Shown here in pieces: positions 56,162-64,000 of a stretch of 64,000 nt of DNA (position 1 is its first letter; each line of letters opens with the position of its first letter). Below the pieces are notes generated by a model. The model was not told the origin of the DNA. It did no database searches and worked only from the letters and a program-made list of their open reading frames with translations. The DNA is from a virus, in IMG/VR virus record IMGVR_UViG_3300010354_000077; one strand, 5' to 3'. The position numbers and the translations under genes were made by a program.

Positions 56162-56644
56162 TTAAGAATTTTCAAGTTTTAATAGAAATTGCATCCATTT
56201 CGGGTGGTCAATAGTCTCACTGCCAAAGATTTTAAATTGCTCAAGATTTTTCCTTAAATCCAAAGACAGGATTTTTTTTTGTTCCTTGGTCATCAATTCA
56301 AAATATTCTTCTGTTATGTCGTCAGGAAGCATGGCAGACGCAATTGTCTGCCTGTTCATTGCATAAAGAATGGCCGACCTTATCAAGGTAAAATCAATGT
56401 CTGATATTTTACTTTCCTCGTTTAGCTTATATCCGACACAAGATTTGTCCAAAGCCTCAATCAATTCCAAATGGTCTTGAACTTGAAATTCGCTTAGGAT
56501 TCTTTCTCTATCAAATTCGCTTATCAGCGGCCAATAATGGTTTACAAATTCTTCGGGTTCGGCTAAACATGGCACATTTTCATAGGCTTGAATATGTCGA
56601 AGGGCCATCCAAAAGATTGTTCTTTTTGTTTCGTTCATAATCAA
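56162..56644 (-). CDS. Hypothetical protein
   Basis: 160-aa ORF. Confidence 0.4.
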   Translation of the reverse strand: MIMNETKRTIFWMALRHIQAYENVPCLAEPEEFVNHYWPLISEFDRERILSEFQVQDHLELIEALDKSCVGYKLNEESKISDIDFTLIRSAILYAMNRQTIASAMLPDDITEEYFELMTKEQKKILSLDLRKNLEQFKIFGSETIDHPKWMQFLLKLENS

Positions 56645-57249
56645 CAGTTTTTAATATATTCCCCCCACTGCTCTGCCATTGCTTCAGCGATGCCAGTGTA
56701 GGTTTTCGACCTGATTTTTGCTCTGTCTTTCGAGGGACCGAGCTTGTTTTGTCCACTGGGGGTTTGATTGTCCCAATAAGGAGTTGTTTTTTCAAGAATA
56801 TTTGTCGGAACAAGTTTTGGTAGATTTTTCAACCAAAGACAAGTTTTTTTGGACTCTGGATGACCATATTCGTAGGGTTGAATAATTTGGTCAGGCTTCC
56901 GATATTTGGTGCTCATAACACAAATAGGGTTTTCAATTGCTATATGTGGAGCATTCGCATTTACCAATCGCATAAAAAATTCTACGGCATCTTCCTGAAG
57001 GCTCCAAGGTTTTTTTCCTTCTGTAAACCAACGGGCACCGCTCACAGATAGATGTGTGCAGGGAGGGTGAGCAATTATTAAATCCCAATCGCCGTCCAAC
57101 ACCGACAAAACATCTCCTTGAATATGCCATTCAGGATGGCCACCGCTACATGATGCAACGTCACAAGAGAATGCTTCAAATCCTTTGTTTCTGAATGCTT
57201 TTGTTACCGTTTGAGATTCTTCACAGGCAACCAGTATTTTTTTGCTCAT
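56641..57249 (-). CDS. Short C5-cytosine-methyltransferase-like protein (catalytic PC motif; no recognisable target-recognition half)
   Basis: IIAHPPCTHLSVSG has the same spacing as C5-MTase motif IV GFPCQAFSISG. It is only 202 aa, so possibly a partial or divergent pyrimidine-C5 enzyme. Confidence 0.35.
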   Translation of the reverse strand: MSKKILVACEESQTVTKAFRNKGFEAFSCDVASCSGGHPEWHIQGDVLSVLDGDWDLIIAHPPCTHLSVSGARWFTEGKKPWSLQEDAVEFFMRLVNANAPHIAIENPICVMSTKYRKPDQIIQPYEYGHPESKKTCLWLKNLPKLVPTNILEKTTPYWDNQTPSGQNKLGPSKDRAKIRSKTYTGIAEAMAEQWGEYIKNC

Positions 57250-57326
57250 AGTTTTGTTTTTTAAGAATTAGAAAATATATATGGGGGACAATCCGAAGAT
57301 CATCCCCCAAAAACAAACAAACAACA

Positions 57327-58268
57327 TCAAACCAGTTGGAAAACCCAGCCCTTGCTAACATAACGGCCAGCAATCTTCATAATCAAATCATTCATACTCT
57401 TCTGCATAAAAGGTATGATAAAAACATAGGTTGTCTTGATTACCCAGTGGAGTTCAATCCTGCCAGCCTCATCCATGCGGAACCAGCCGACGTGGTAAGC
57501 AGTAAAAAGTGCATCAGCAAACATGGCAACCCAAAGCGGATTCAATTTGAAACCGAATACATCGAATTTGTAATTGAACACGGAGGCTACAATCGGGAAT
57601 AGAACCCAAACGACAGACAGCATCACATTGAGATACACCTCAAGACCCATTGTTTCGGACAGGATTTCATAGGAAAAGCCACCGAGAAGGATTGCGAAAA
57701 CCATAGAAATCATTACTGGAAACCATGCGTTATAAAGAAACGCAATGACAGGGTTTACATTGGCCTTGCTATATTCGTCAAGGTCTGTCTGCCTCTGAAG
57801 TTCTTCTGCTTCAAATTGTTTGACACGTTCACGAAGGTCTTCCAGTTCACGAACAGAATTGAGCTGCTTCTTATTGCGCTCTTCCTGTATTTCCTTTTCC
57901 CTTGCATCAGAGATAAAAGACTTGTGGCCTGTGTTATACAGGTAATCAAACAGGTTTTCCTTGAAAGCATACCAATCAATCATTTCAGCACCATCAAACT
58001 TCTTTGCGTTTGGTGCTTTCTGATTAAAAAAGGTGTTCATGGTCTGGAAAGGAATCCACATAGGATTCTGACCGCCATCATAAATTACACCTTGCGTGTG
58101 CTGGAGTTCTGTAATATAGTTTTGAGCGCTTGAGAAGACGCCGTTGATGAGACCTTTGGTTTTTGCGTTGATGAAGAGATTATCGCCGTCAATAGCATAG
58201 TTGACGTTGATGTTGGAAGCGGAGAAAAAAGACTGTTGCATAGTGTTGTTTGTTTTGTTTAGTAACAT
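57327..58268 (-). CDS. Membrane protein
   Basis: Several TM helices in the C-terminal half and a coiled coil (LEDLRERVKQFEAEELQRQ). A TAtcTTTG box sits upstream at about 58286-58293. Confidence 0.45.
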   Translation of the reverse strand: MLLNKTNNTMQQSFFSASNINVNYAIDGDNLFINAKTKGLINGVFSSAQNYITELQHTQGVIYDGGQNPMWIPFQTMNTFFNQKAPNAKKFDGAEMIDWYAFKENLFDYLYNTGHKSFISDAREKEIQEERNKKQLNSVRELEDLRERVKQFEAEELQRQTDLDEYSKANVNPVIAFLYNAWFPVMISMVFAILLGGFSYEILSETMGLEVYLNVMLSVVWVLFPIVASVFNYKFDVFGFKLNPLWVAMFADALFTAYHVGWFRMDEAGRIELHWVIKTTYVFIIPFMQKSMNDLIMKIAGRYVSKGWVFQLV

Positions 58269-58335
58269 TCATTTGAATTGTGCTGCAAAGATAAGCACAA
58301 CGAAAGGTAACTTCCAAATTTTTTTGAAGATTTTT

Positions 58336-58782
58336 TTAATTTTTTACTCTCTTATAGATTTTTAACATTCCATTGAAAGGAAAGTCGTAGCCATGATAAA
58401 ACCAAAGTTCACTATATGCAGCAAGTCTGTGATTTCCGTCGAGGATTTTATAATTTTCATCTACTACTATTGGAGATAATTCAACACCATCTACAATCTT
58501 ATTCATTAGTTTTCTACTGATAAAATAATCTTCATCCATTCCGACTTCTTCAAAATAAGAAACCGTTTGCTCAAGTTCATCGTCAGGGTCGTTGTTAAAA
58601 CCGTTAGCAGTTCTTAATTTTTCAATGTTTATTTTCTCTTCAATAAATTCCGCGTCTTCATTACTAAAAAGCAAGTCGTAAGCAGGACTACCTTGTTGCT
58701 GTTTTTTTAAGACATCGTCATAAGAAATCGAAGCCGATTCTTTAAGAGATTGAATTACATTTTTTTTTATAAAATCAAACAT
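58336..58782 (-). CDS. ParB/Srx-like nuclease-domain protein
   Basis: KILDGNHRLAAYS (DGxHR motif). Confidence 0.5.
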   Translation of the reverse strand: MFDFIKKNVIQSLKESASISYDDVLKKQQQGSPAYDLLFSNEDAEFIEEKINIEKLRTANGFNNDPDDELEQTVSYFEEVGMDEDYFISRKLMNKIVDGVELSPIVVDENYKILDGNHRLAAYSELWFYHGYDFPFNGMLKIYKRVKN

Positions 58783-58935
58783 TGTTTTCTGTTTTAATTT
58801 CTTCTTCTTTCAGGATAGTAACAATTTCTCCATCTTCGTTAATTGCTGCAAACAGTTTTGGCTGCTGTTCCTCCTCACTTAGAAAATCGTAAACATATTT
58901 TACGACATCAATTTTTTCATTATTTTCCATGTTAA

Positions 58936-59646
58936 TTATTTAATCACTGTTACGTTTCCATAAAACAAACCCCTTTCTCCACCCAATTCCAAACCCAAAA
59001 CCCAAACATAAACTCCAGCGGGTACATTTAAACTAAGCCAACCCTCGCTTGGGGTATTAGGCAAAAAATTCCTCCGTTCCCAAACAAGGCTACCCCACCT
59101 GTTATAAACTGCCATGTATTCTATCCTTTCGATATTCAAGTCATCTGAAACAAACGGGTATAGTACATCATTACCAGAAGAATAAGGTGCTACCGCATTT
59201 GGGACATATATTCCATCGGGTAACATTTTACCGCTGTTATTGTTCGGATTGTTAACAACAATTGTATCATTTCCAGGCGGAATCTTTCTACAATCAAGGA
59301 TTGAATAGACACTGTTCTTATAGTAAACCAATCCAGAGAAGTTATATTCTGTTTTTTTCACCTGTACTGTTCCTGTGCTTTTCCAGTGGACGGCGAAAGT
59401 GTCAAGGTGGGGGAGTGTGTCGTATGGCGGCCAGAAAACATAGTCTTCGGGAATTGTCACATAATGTTTGTTTCCTTCCTCCAAAGTAAAAATAGTACCG
59501 TTCTGCTGCATGGTTGATCCCATGAATTGGGTGTTGACAAAATAACTGGTGTCATTTACGCAAACATAAACAGTGTCAGTAAATTCACATTGTGCATCAA
59601 CTGCAAATGGAAGAAGCAGAAAGAAACGGATTAAAATATTTTTCAT
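58936..59646 (-). CDS. Secreted protein
   Basis: Signal peptide MKNILIRFFLLLPFAVDAQC. Confidence 0.4.
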   Translation of the reverse strand: MKNILIRFFLLLPFAVDAQCEFTDTVYVCVNDTSYFVNTQFMGSTMQQNGTIFTLEEGNKHYVTIPEDYVFWPPYDTLPHLDTFAVHWKSTGTVQVKKTEYNFSGLVYYKNSVYSILDCRKIPPGNDTIVVNNPNNNSGKMLPDGIYVPNAVAPYSSGNDVLYPFVSDDLNIERIEYMAVYNRWGSLVWERRNFLPNTPSEGWLSLNVPAGVYVWVLGLELGGERGLFYGNVTVIK

Positions 59647-59665
59647 GTTGTTGGTTTATAAATAA

Positions 59666-60205
59666 CTATTTTGCCAAAGTTTTTTCAGTGGAGTTATAAA
59701 ACTCTGATGCTAAATCAGTTCTGGGAATTACGTTTTGGATTTCGGTTATTACTGTTGACTTACCATTGTAACCTGTAATAACTAAAGAGCTTTTTCCGCT
59801 GTCTTGGAATTTTTCCCAAAAACCATAATATTTATCTGGCGCATATAAATCAATTCCGTAGTCCATATCGAAATCTCTACTTGGATTAAAAGATTTTACA
59901 TTAAACTTTTTGTTATCATAACGATATAATTCACATGGAATCACATATTTACCATAAGCCTTTGCCTCTTTAATGTCAGTCGTTAAAAACAAATATCCTT
60001 CAGGTAAATCTCCACTCCAAACATTGCTGTCTTCCCAATCATAATCGTCTCTTAAATTAAATCTTTCAGGTGGAGTTCTTGTGCCATGATATAAAAACAT
60101 TTTACTTCTTGGATTTTTAAATTTCTTGTCAGATAGAAATTCAACGAGTGTTTCTATTTTTTGTTCGTTTAATTGTTCAAAGATTGCATTTTTTATAAAC
60201 TGCAT
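59666..60205 (-). CDS. Hypothetical protein
   Basis: 179-aa ORF. Confidence 0.4.
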   Translation of the reverse strand: MQFIKNAIFEQLNEQKIETLVEFLSDKKFKNPRSKMFLYHGTRTPPERFNLRDDYDWEDSNVWSGDLPEGYLFLTTDIKEAKAYGKYVIPCELYRYDNKKFNVKSFNPSRDFDMDYGIDLYAPDKYYGFWEKFQDSGKSSLVITGYNGKSTVITEIQNVIPRTDLASEFYNSTEKTLAK

Positions 60206-60291
60206 GGTATTTTTTATATATAGATATTGGTATCAACAAAAAAACGGCACCTTTTGGTAAAGATGCCGTTACGAAAAACAGATTTCAGTCC

Positions 60292-62358
60292 TTACAACCT
60301 CGCCTCTGTCATAGCGCGGGAGACGGTTTCCCAAGGGGTGTTCTCGTCAAATACCAGTTCGGCACTATCCCTATCCGAAACAATATCGGAAGACAACATA
60401 TTCAGGATATGTCCTTGACCGAACTTGTTCCAATTCACTTCAGTGCTGCCATCATCAATCAATGCAATATTCTTCGTGAATGAAAGAATTTTTTTCGCAT
60501 TGGCATCATTCGTAACATTCGATTCATTCTGTGCCACATCCAAATAAACTACACAACTGTTTACCACGTCAATAGCAAAGAGGTAAGCAGATGAAGATTT
60601 GGATTCAATCTTAATCGCGTTCTCTACCGTTTCGGGGAGCCAAAGGTTGTTCGCTTCGGGAAATTCACGGAGCATGAAACCAGCATGGACACCAGCACCA
60701 CCCCAACGATTAAAATTGGGGCCACTATAGACTTTAGCATCACATATCACCCAAGTGATACCCATAGAACGGAGTTTTTTCAAGTCAAAGTCGAGATATT
60801 CGGCATTCTTATAAGAACGGCCTGTGTTATCACCACTGTAAACCACAGCATCCGAGAATTTGTAACTTCCATTCCAGCCGATTTTTTCCACAAAACCGTT
60901 TTCAGTGAAAATGAATGCAGAAAGATCAATGTCGTACCTATCCACCCAATGAACATAAGCGCGAATAACTTTTTTGCCATCAAACTTCAAACTCGTACCA
61001 GTAGTGATGTTATTGATAGAGTTGGAAGAAGCACGGTTGTTGGTAGCGATAGGCGAAAAGTAAAGTTTCCTGTCAATGTAAACTTTCTTATTCGTCTTCG
61101 AAACAACACTATCCATAGCAGATTTCAACTTCGCTTGGATAGCATCCACGACCTTCACATCCATAGCAGTCTGTGTACCAAAACTGTTGACCTTCGATGC
61201 AGATTCAGAAGCCAGCACAACCGACCTTTCTTTATCATATCGCCGTCCATCAAAGTAATTGTACAGCGTAACCAACTGTTCAAAAGAAGGTTTTGCATTG
61301 ACAAAAGCATCAATGGTTTCAATTCCGAAAACAGAATAAAGTTCGTTGATTCGGCGCATGAAATAACCTTTTCGCTTTGAAAGCAACCTAAAAACGCTCA
61401 CATCCTTGTTACGAAGAGCCTCTTCAACCCGCGAAGCAAATGTTCGGAGTTGCTTTGGTTGATTACGCAGAAGGTCTGCATATTTCGCAACCATTTTATA
61501 TGCTTTACGATTTTTAGCTGTAAGCGGATTCAAGTAAAAAAGAACCTTCAACCACTTTTCACGGTTTGTCTTGAAAGCCTCTTCGAGATCACCACAAGCA
61601 TTCAAAGCATAAAGAATAGCTCTCTTCTCACGGTTTGACAGTTTTCGGAACTTTACATTCTCCTTCAAACCAGCATCGCCACCAGAAGAGACTGCATATA
61701 TACGAAGAATTTCGTTTGCAGAATTTATGCTGGGGAGTTGGCCATAGGCAAGTGAAATGGAACCGACAAAAGCCTTCGTCTCAAGGAAAGGGATTTTGTT
61801 GTACTCATAACCATAATCATGGTTGATGAACCACTCGACAATAGCTTTATCATTGTTTGACAATGAATCACCACTGTAAATCAAATCATAAAAGATGTTA
61901 TCGAATGTCTCCTTTGAGATAAGCGATACAGGTTTCAGATTTACACACTCGACCTTAAATTCGCGGCTAAGGTGTGCATCATCTTCAGGTCTCCAAGCAC
62001 CAAAAGTAATGTAGTGCAGGAACGCATTAAGAAAAAGCAACTCGTCAGAAGCGTTTAAAACGGCCTGTGGGAAGTTTTTGTAGATGGGTTCATAACCACC
62101 GTCACCATAGAGATTTTTCAAACCTGAAACGATGTCATTGTAAACCGTTTGCAGCGTAGCGTCATTTTGGGTAATGAGATTGGAAAACAACCGTTTATCA
62201 AGAATGAATCCATGTGACATAAGTTCATGGTTAATCCTGTTTACAATCAGTCTGCCGCCGCCATTGTTGTAAATGTCTTCGGGATTGTCGTAAAAGTTGT
62301 TTGGATTTTCTGCAAGGTGTATTCCTTTCAGTTTTTGGAAAGAGATGAAGTGTTGCAT
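60292..62358 (-). CDS. Large hypothetical protein (688 aa)
   Basis: Long ORF with no motif I could assign. Confidence 0.5.
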   Translation of the reverse strand: MQHFISFQKLKGIHLAENPNNFYDNPEDIYNNGGGRLIVNRINHELMSHGFILDKRLFSNLITQNDATLQTVYNDIVSGLKNLYGDGGYEPIYKNFPQAVLNASDELLFLNAFLHYITFGAWRPEDDAHLSREFKVECVNLKPVSLISKETFDNIFYDLIYSGDSLSNNDKAIVEWFINHDYGYEYNKIPFLETKAFVGSISLAYGQLPSINSANEILRIYAVSSGGDAGLKENVKFRKLSNREKRAILYALNACGDLEEAFKTNREKWLKVLFYLNPLTAKNRKAYKMVAKYADLLRNQPKQLRTFASRVEEALRNKDVSVFRLLSKRKGYFMRRINELYSVFGIETIDAFVNAKPSFEQLVTLYNYFDGRRYDKERSVVLASESASKVNSFGTQTAMDVKVVDAIQAKLKSAMDSVVSKTNKKVYIDRKLYFSPIATNNRASSNSINNITTGTSLKFDGKKVIRAYVHWVDRYDIDLSAFIFTENGFVEKIGWNGSYKFSDAVVYSGDNTGRSYKNAEYLDFDLKKLRSMGITWVICDAKVYSGPNFNRWGGAGVHAGFMLREFPEANNLWLPETVENAIKIESKSSSAYLFAIDVVNSCVVYLDVAQNESNVTNDANAKKILSFTKNIALIDDGSTEVNWNKFGQGHILNMLSSDIVSDRDSAELVFDENTPWETVSRAMTEARL

Positions 62359-62487
62359 AATGAAAAAAAGTTAGTTTATGAAAAAAAAATCCCAGCGAAT
62401 CTATTTCAGTGTGGTTACAGATAAAAAGTCTATGCGAGTAACTGAAATAATGTGCTGGGTGTGAAGTTTTTTAAAAAAAGCCGCCGT

Positions 62488-62563
62488 TAAGTCTCGTCAG
62501 GAAATAAAAGCATCCAAAGTTTTTGTAGTATCCAAACAAATGGAACGGCGGCTAAAGTTTATT
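62488..62563. other. Long imperfect hairpin (AGCCGCCGTT ... AACGGCGGCT, about 56-nt loop) in a 330-bp gap; possible terminator or small structured RNA
   Basis: aaaaaaagccgccgttaagtctcgtcagg...caaatggaacggcggctaaag. It lies downstream (minus sense) of a 22-aa ORF and a TAtcTTTG box at about 62649-62656. Confidence 0.3.
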
Positions 62564-62690
62564 GAAAAGACCGAATCAAAACAGGTTTAAAAAAGGTTCC
62601 GATATTTTTGTAGTAACCTGTCCTATGTGGTCTGTAATTTTCATGGTGCAAAGATAGGGCGACATTGAGTAACCGACAAAATATTTTTAG

Positions 62691-63347
62691 TTAAGGTTTT
62701 GTTAAATATTTTGACCATATTCCCATAAGGGTCGGATTCTTGCTACTTAGGATTCTTTTTTTCTGGAAGAGAATCAAATCGTTTTTATTTATGTATCCGT
62801 TCTCATCAAAATCCAAAGCAGCGTTATTTTCAATGTTACATAAAGTATCTGTGTTCATTGGGGTGGACGGCGAAAGGTTTATTTGGTGAAGGTCAGCAGC
62901 GGTTTTGATTTTGTTTGCTTTACCTGTGGCCTTAATAAAAAGGTAAAGGTATTCTGCTTGATCTTCAAAAGCCTTGTCTGTGATGTTTGAGGGTATATCC
63001 AAATAAAATCTTGTAGCCCTTGTCCATTGAAATAACCCTTGAGCATCAATTGAGTTTTTTGCTTGTGGGTTCCAACCGCTTTCACAATAGGAAACAATTA
63101 GTGCGTAGTCTGCGAAGGTGGACGGCGAAATGGATAATCCCTCTGGGAGCAATTTTTCACCGACCTTTTCAAAGATTTTATGGTACTCCCGCACCTGATA
63201 AATCTGTTTGTCTGTTGTCTGGATTACTTCGCCGTCCACCTCCTCTCTTTTCGCCGTCCAATCCCCCACATACCCCAAAGCAGATAGTAACACGAATGTA
63301 CCAGTAAATAATATCTTTCTTTTGTTAAATCTTTTATTTTTTATCAT
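62691..63347 (-). CDS. Secreted lytic-transglycosylase-like (SLT motif) protein
   Basis: Signal peptide, then YCESGWNPQAKNSIDAQGLFQW. Two tandem motif copies encode GDWTAKREEVDGEV just after the signal peptide. Confidence 0.45.
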   Translation of the reverse strand: MIKNKRFNKRKILFTGTFVLLSALGYVGDWTAKREEVDGEVIQTTDKQIYQVREYHKIFEKVGEKLLPEGLSISPSTFADYALIVSYCESGWNPQAKNSIDAQGLFQWTRATRFYLDIPSNITDKAFEDQAEYLYLFIKATGKANKIKTAADLHQINLSPSTPMNTDTLCNIENNAALDFDENGYINKNDLILFQKKRILSSKNPTLMGIWSKYLTKP

Positions 63348-63642
63348 CTATAGTCTTTTTAACAGAGTTGTAAATATTCGCCAGCATTTCTACTGACATT
63401 TTTGTGGAGATAACATTCCAATCGTGAATGGAATCTGTAAGCTCATTTACCGAAACCACCACCAATTCGCCGTCCATATACCGCACAGCAAAAATATGAT
63501 TATAAAGAGATGTGGCACAGGTAGAGGATAATAGAAATTCTCCTCCATTAAAGTTGGGAATAAGCATTCTTGCTATTTCCGAAACAAATTCCTGTTTAAA
63601 TTGCTCGTTGGTTTCTACCCACCTTTGGTAAACGTCGTTCAT
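63334..63642 (-). CDS. Small hypothetical protein
   Basis: 102 aa, with a TAtcTTTG box at about 63663-63670 upstream (minus strand). Confidence 0.4.
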   Translation of the reverse strand: MNDVYQRWVETNEQFKQEFVSEIARMLIPNFNGGEFLLSSTCATSLYNHIFAVRYMDGELVVVSVNELTDSIHDWNVISTKMSVEMLANIYNSVKKTIDDKK

Positions 63643-64000
63643 GTTATTAATTTTTGTTGACGCAAAGATAAGGCGCTGACTTCAAATAACCAACTGTTTT
63701 ATTAATATTTTTTTTCCTTTTGTATTCTGGAGAGGTAATTTATATAGTATTTTCAACCCTTTCAGAATACACCGAACACACTGATTGTCAATCTGTTATA
63801 CCACTTTTAGCTACTGCTAATTAAGGCTAATATTCCCCTGATAATTTCTATGAAAGTAAAGAATAAAAGTGTCGCCAAAGTAACCCTCAAGAAGAAAATC
63901 AATGACTTGTTTGACTCCTTTTTCCCAATCAGAAAATCGAAATTAATTAAGGATGCAAGGCAAACGCAGGTGCCATATAATATAATCAAGAAAATCATTC

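Noticed and set aside
44261-63396. Short ORFs whose products contain WTAK, FSPSNP or RRPTP strings (for example 44261..44602, 55820..56149, 63020..63307, 63208..63396, 9721..9906).
   Set aside because: Each is an off-frame or antisense reading through copies of the dispersed TTCGCCGTCCA motif inside longer, better-supported genes, so they are artefacts of the motif, not genes.
1666-63476. Interpreting the recurrent LDGE / FAVQ peptides as a conserved protein domain or sequence-specific insertion element.
   Set aside because: The same DNA word occurs in all three frames, in both orientations, in intergenic DNA and in hairpins, and replaces rather than inserts residues in conserved proteins (ThyA). 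The conservation is therefore at the DNA level.
1666-63476. The shared GCCGTC hexamer with the Neisseria DNA uptake sequence (ATGCCGTCTGAA) as evidence of a Neisseria-related host.
   Set aside because: The window is AT-rich with Bacteroidetes-type TAnnTTTG promoters. Six shared bases is weak evidence; only the architectural analogy to uptake sequences is retained.
1-64000. Integrase, transposase or IS element, attachment-site repeats, or CRISPR/cas.
   Set aside because: None of the ORFs shows integrase (R..HxxR..Y) or DDE transposase signatures, and no long terminal inverted or direct repeats flank any block. No prophage/mobile-element boundary can be supported from this window.

Overview
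This window is about 64 kb of a gene-dense, AT-rich dsDNA genome that looks like part of a large bacteriophage. The host is probably Bacteroidetes-like: TAnnTTTG -7 promoter boxes recur upstream of genes and of a tRNA, and there are lipoprotein-type signal peptides.

Gene layout: a plus-strand block covers roughly 1-28.6 kb. It holds a RecB-like nuclease, Mre11/SbcD-like and Rad50/SbcC-like proteins, a sigma-70-like factor and a UVR-domain protein. Next come a nicotinamidase-like gene, a vWA / PP2C / Ser-Thr kinase trio, then macro-domain and rhomboid-like genes. The block continues with a nucleotidyltransferase, thymidylate synthase, a dNTP-pyrophosphatase/deoxyribonucleotidase fusion, a DnaJ-domain protein, a GNAT acetyltransferase, a tRNA with anticodon CAT, an SPFH protein and a ferritin. 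A minus-strand block (28.6-43.2 kb) has a Suv3-like helicase followed by two paralogous ~1890-aa tail-fibre genes built from shuffled repeat modules. The mixed distal region (43-64 kb) has a polyol/sugar-nucleotide and glycosyltransferase cluster, vWA proteins, an SNase-like nuclease, two lytic-transglycosylase-domain proteins, a ParB-like nuclease domain and a short C5-methyltransferase-like protein. No capsid, portal, terminase, integrase or transposase genes are visible in this window.

The most striking thing is a GC-rich oligonucleotide, TTTCGCCGTCCA(A/C)CCC. Its 9-nt core CGCCGTCCA occurs about 70 times, roughly once per 0.9 kb. It appears in both orientations, in all three reading frames inside genes (giving recurring FAVQ/FAVH, SPSN and LDGE/VDGE peptides), and as intergenic inverted pairs that form terminator-like hairpins. 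That architecture resembles bacterial DNA-uptake signal sequences, but nothing in this window assigns it a function.
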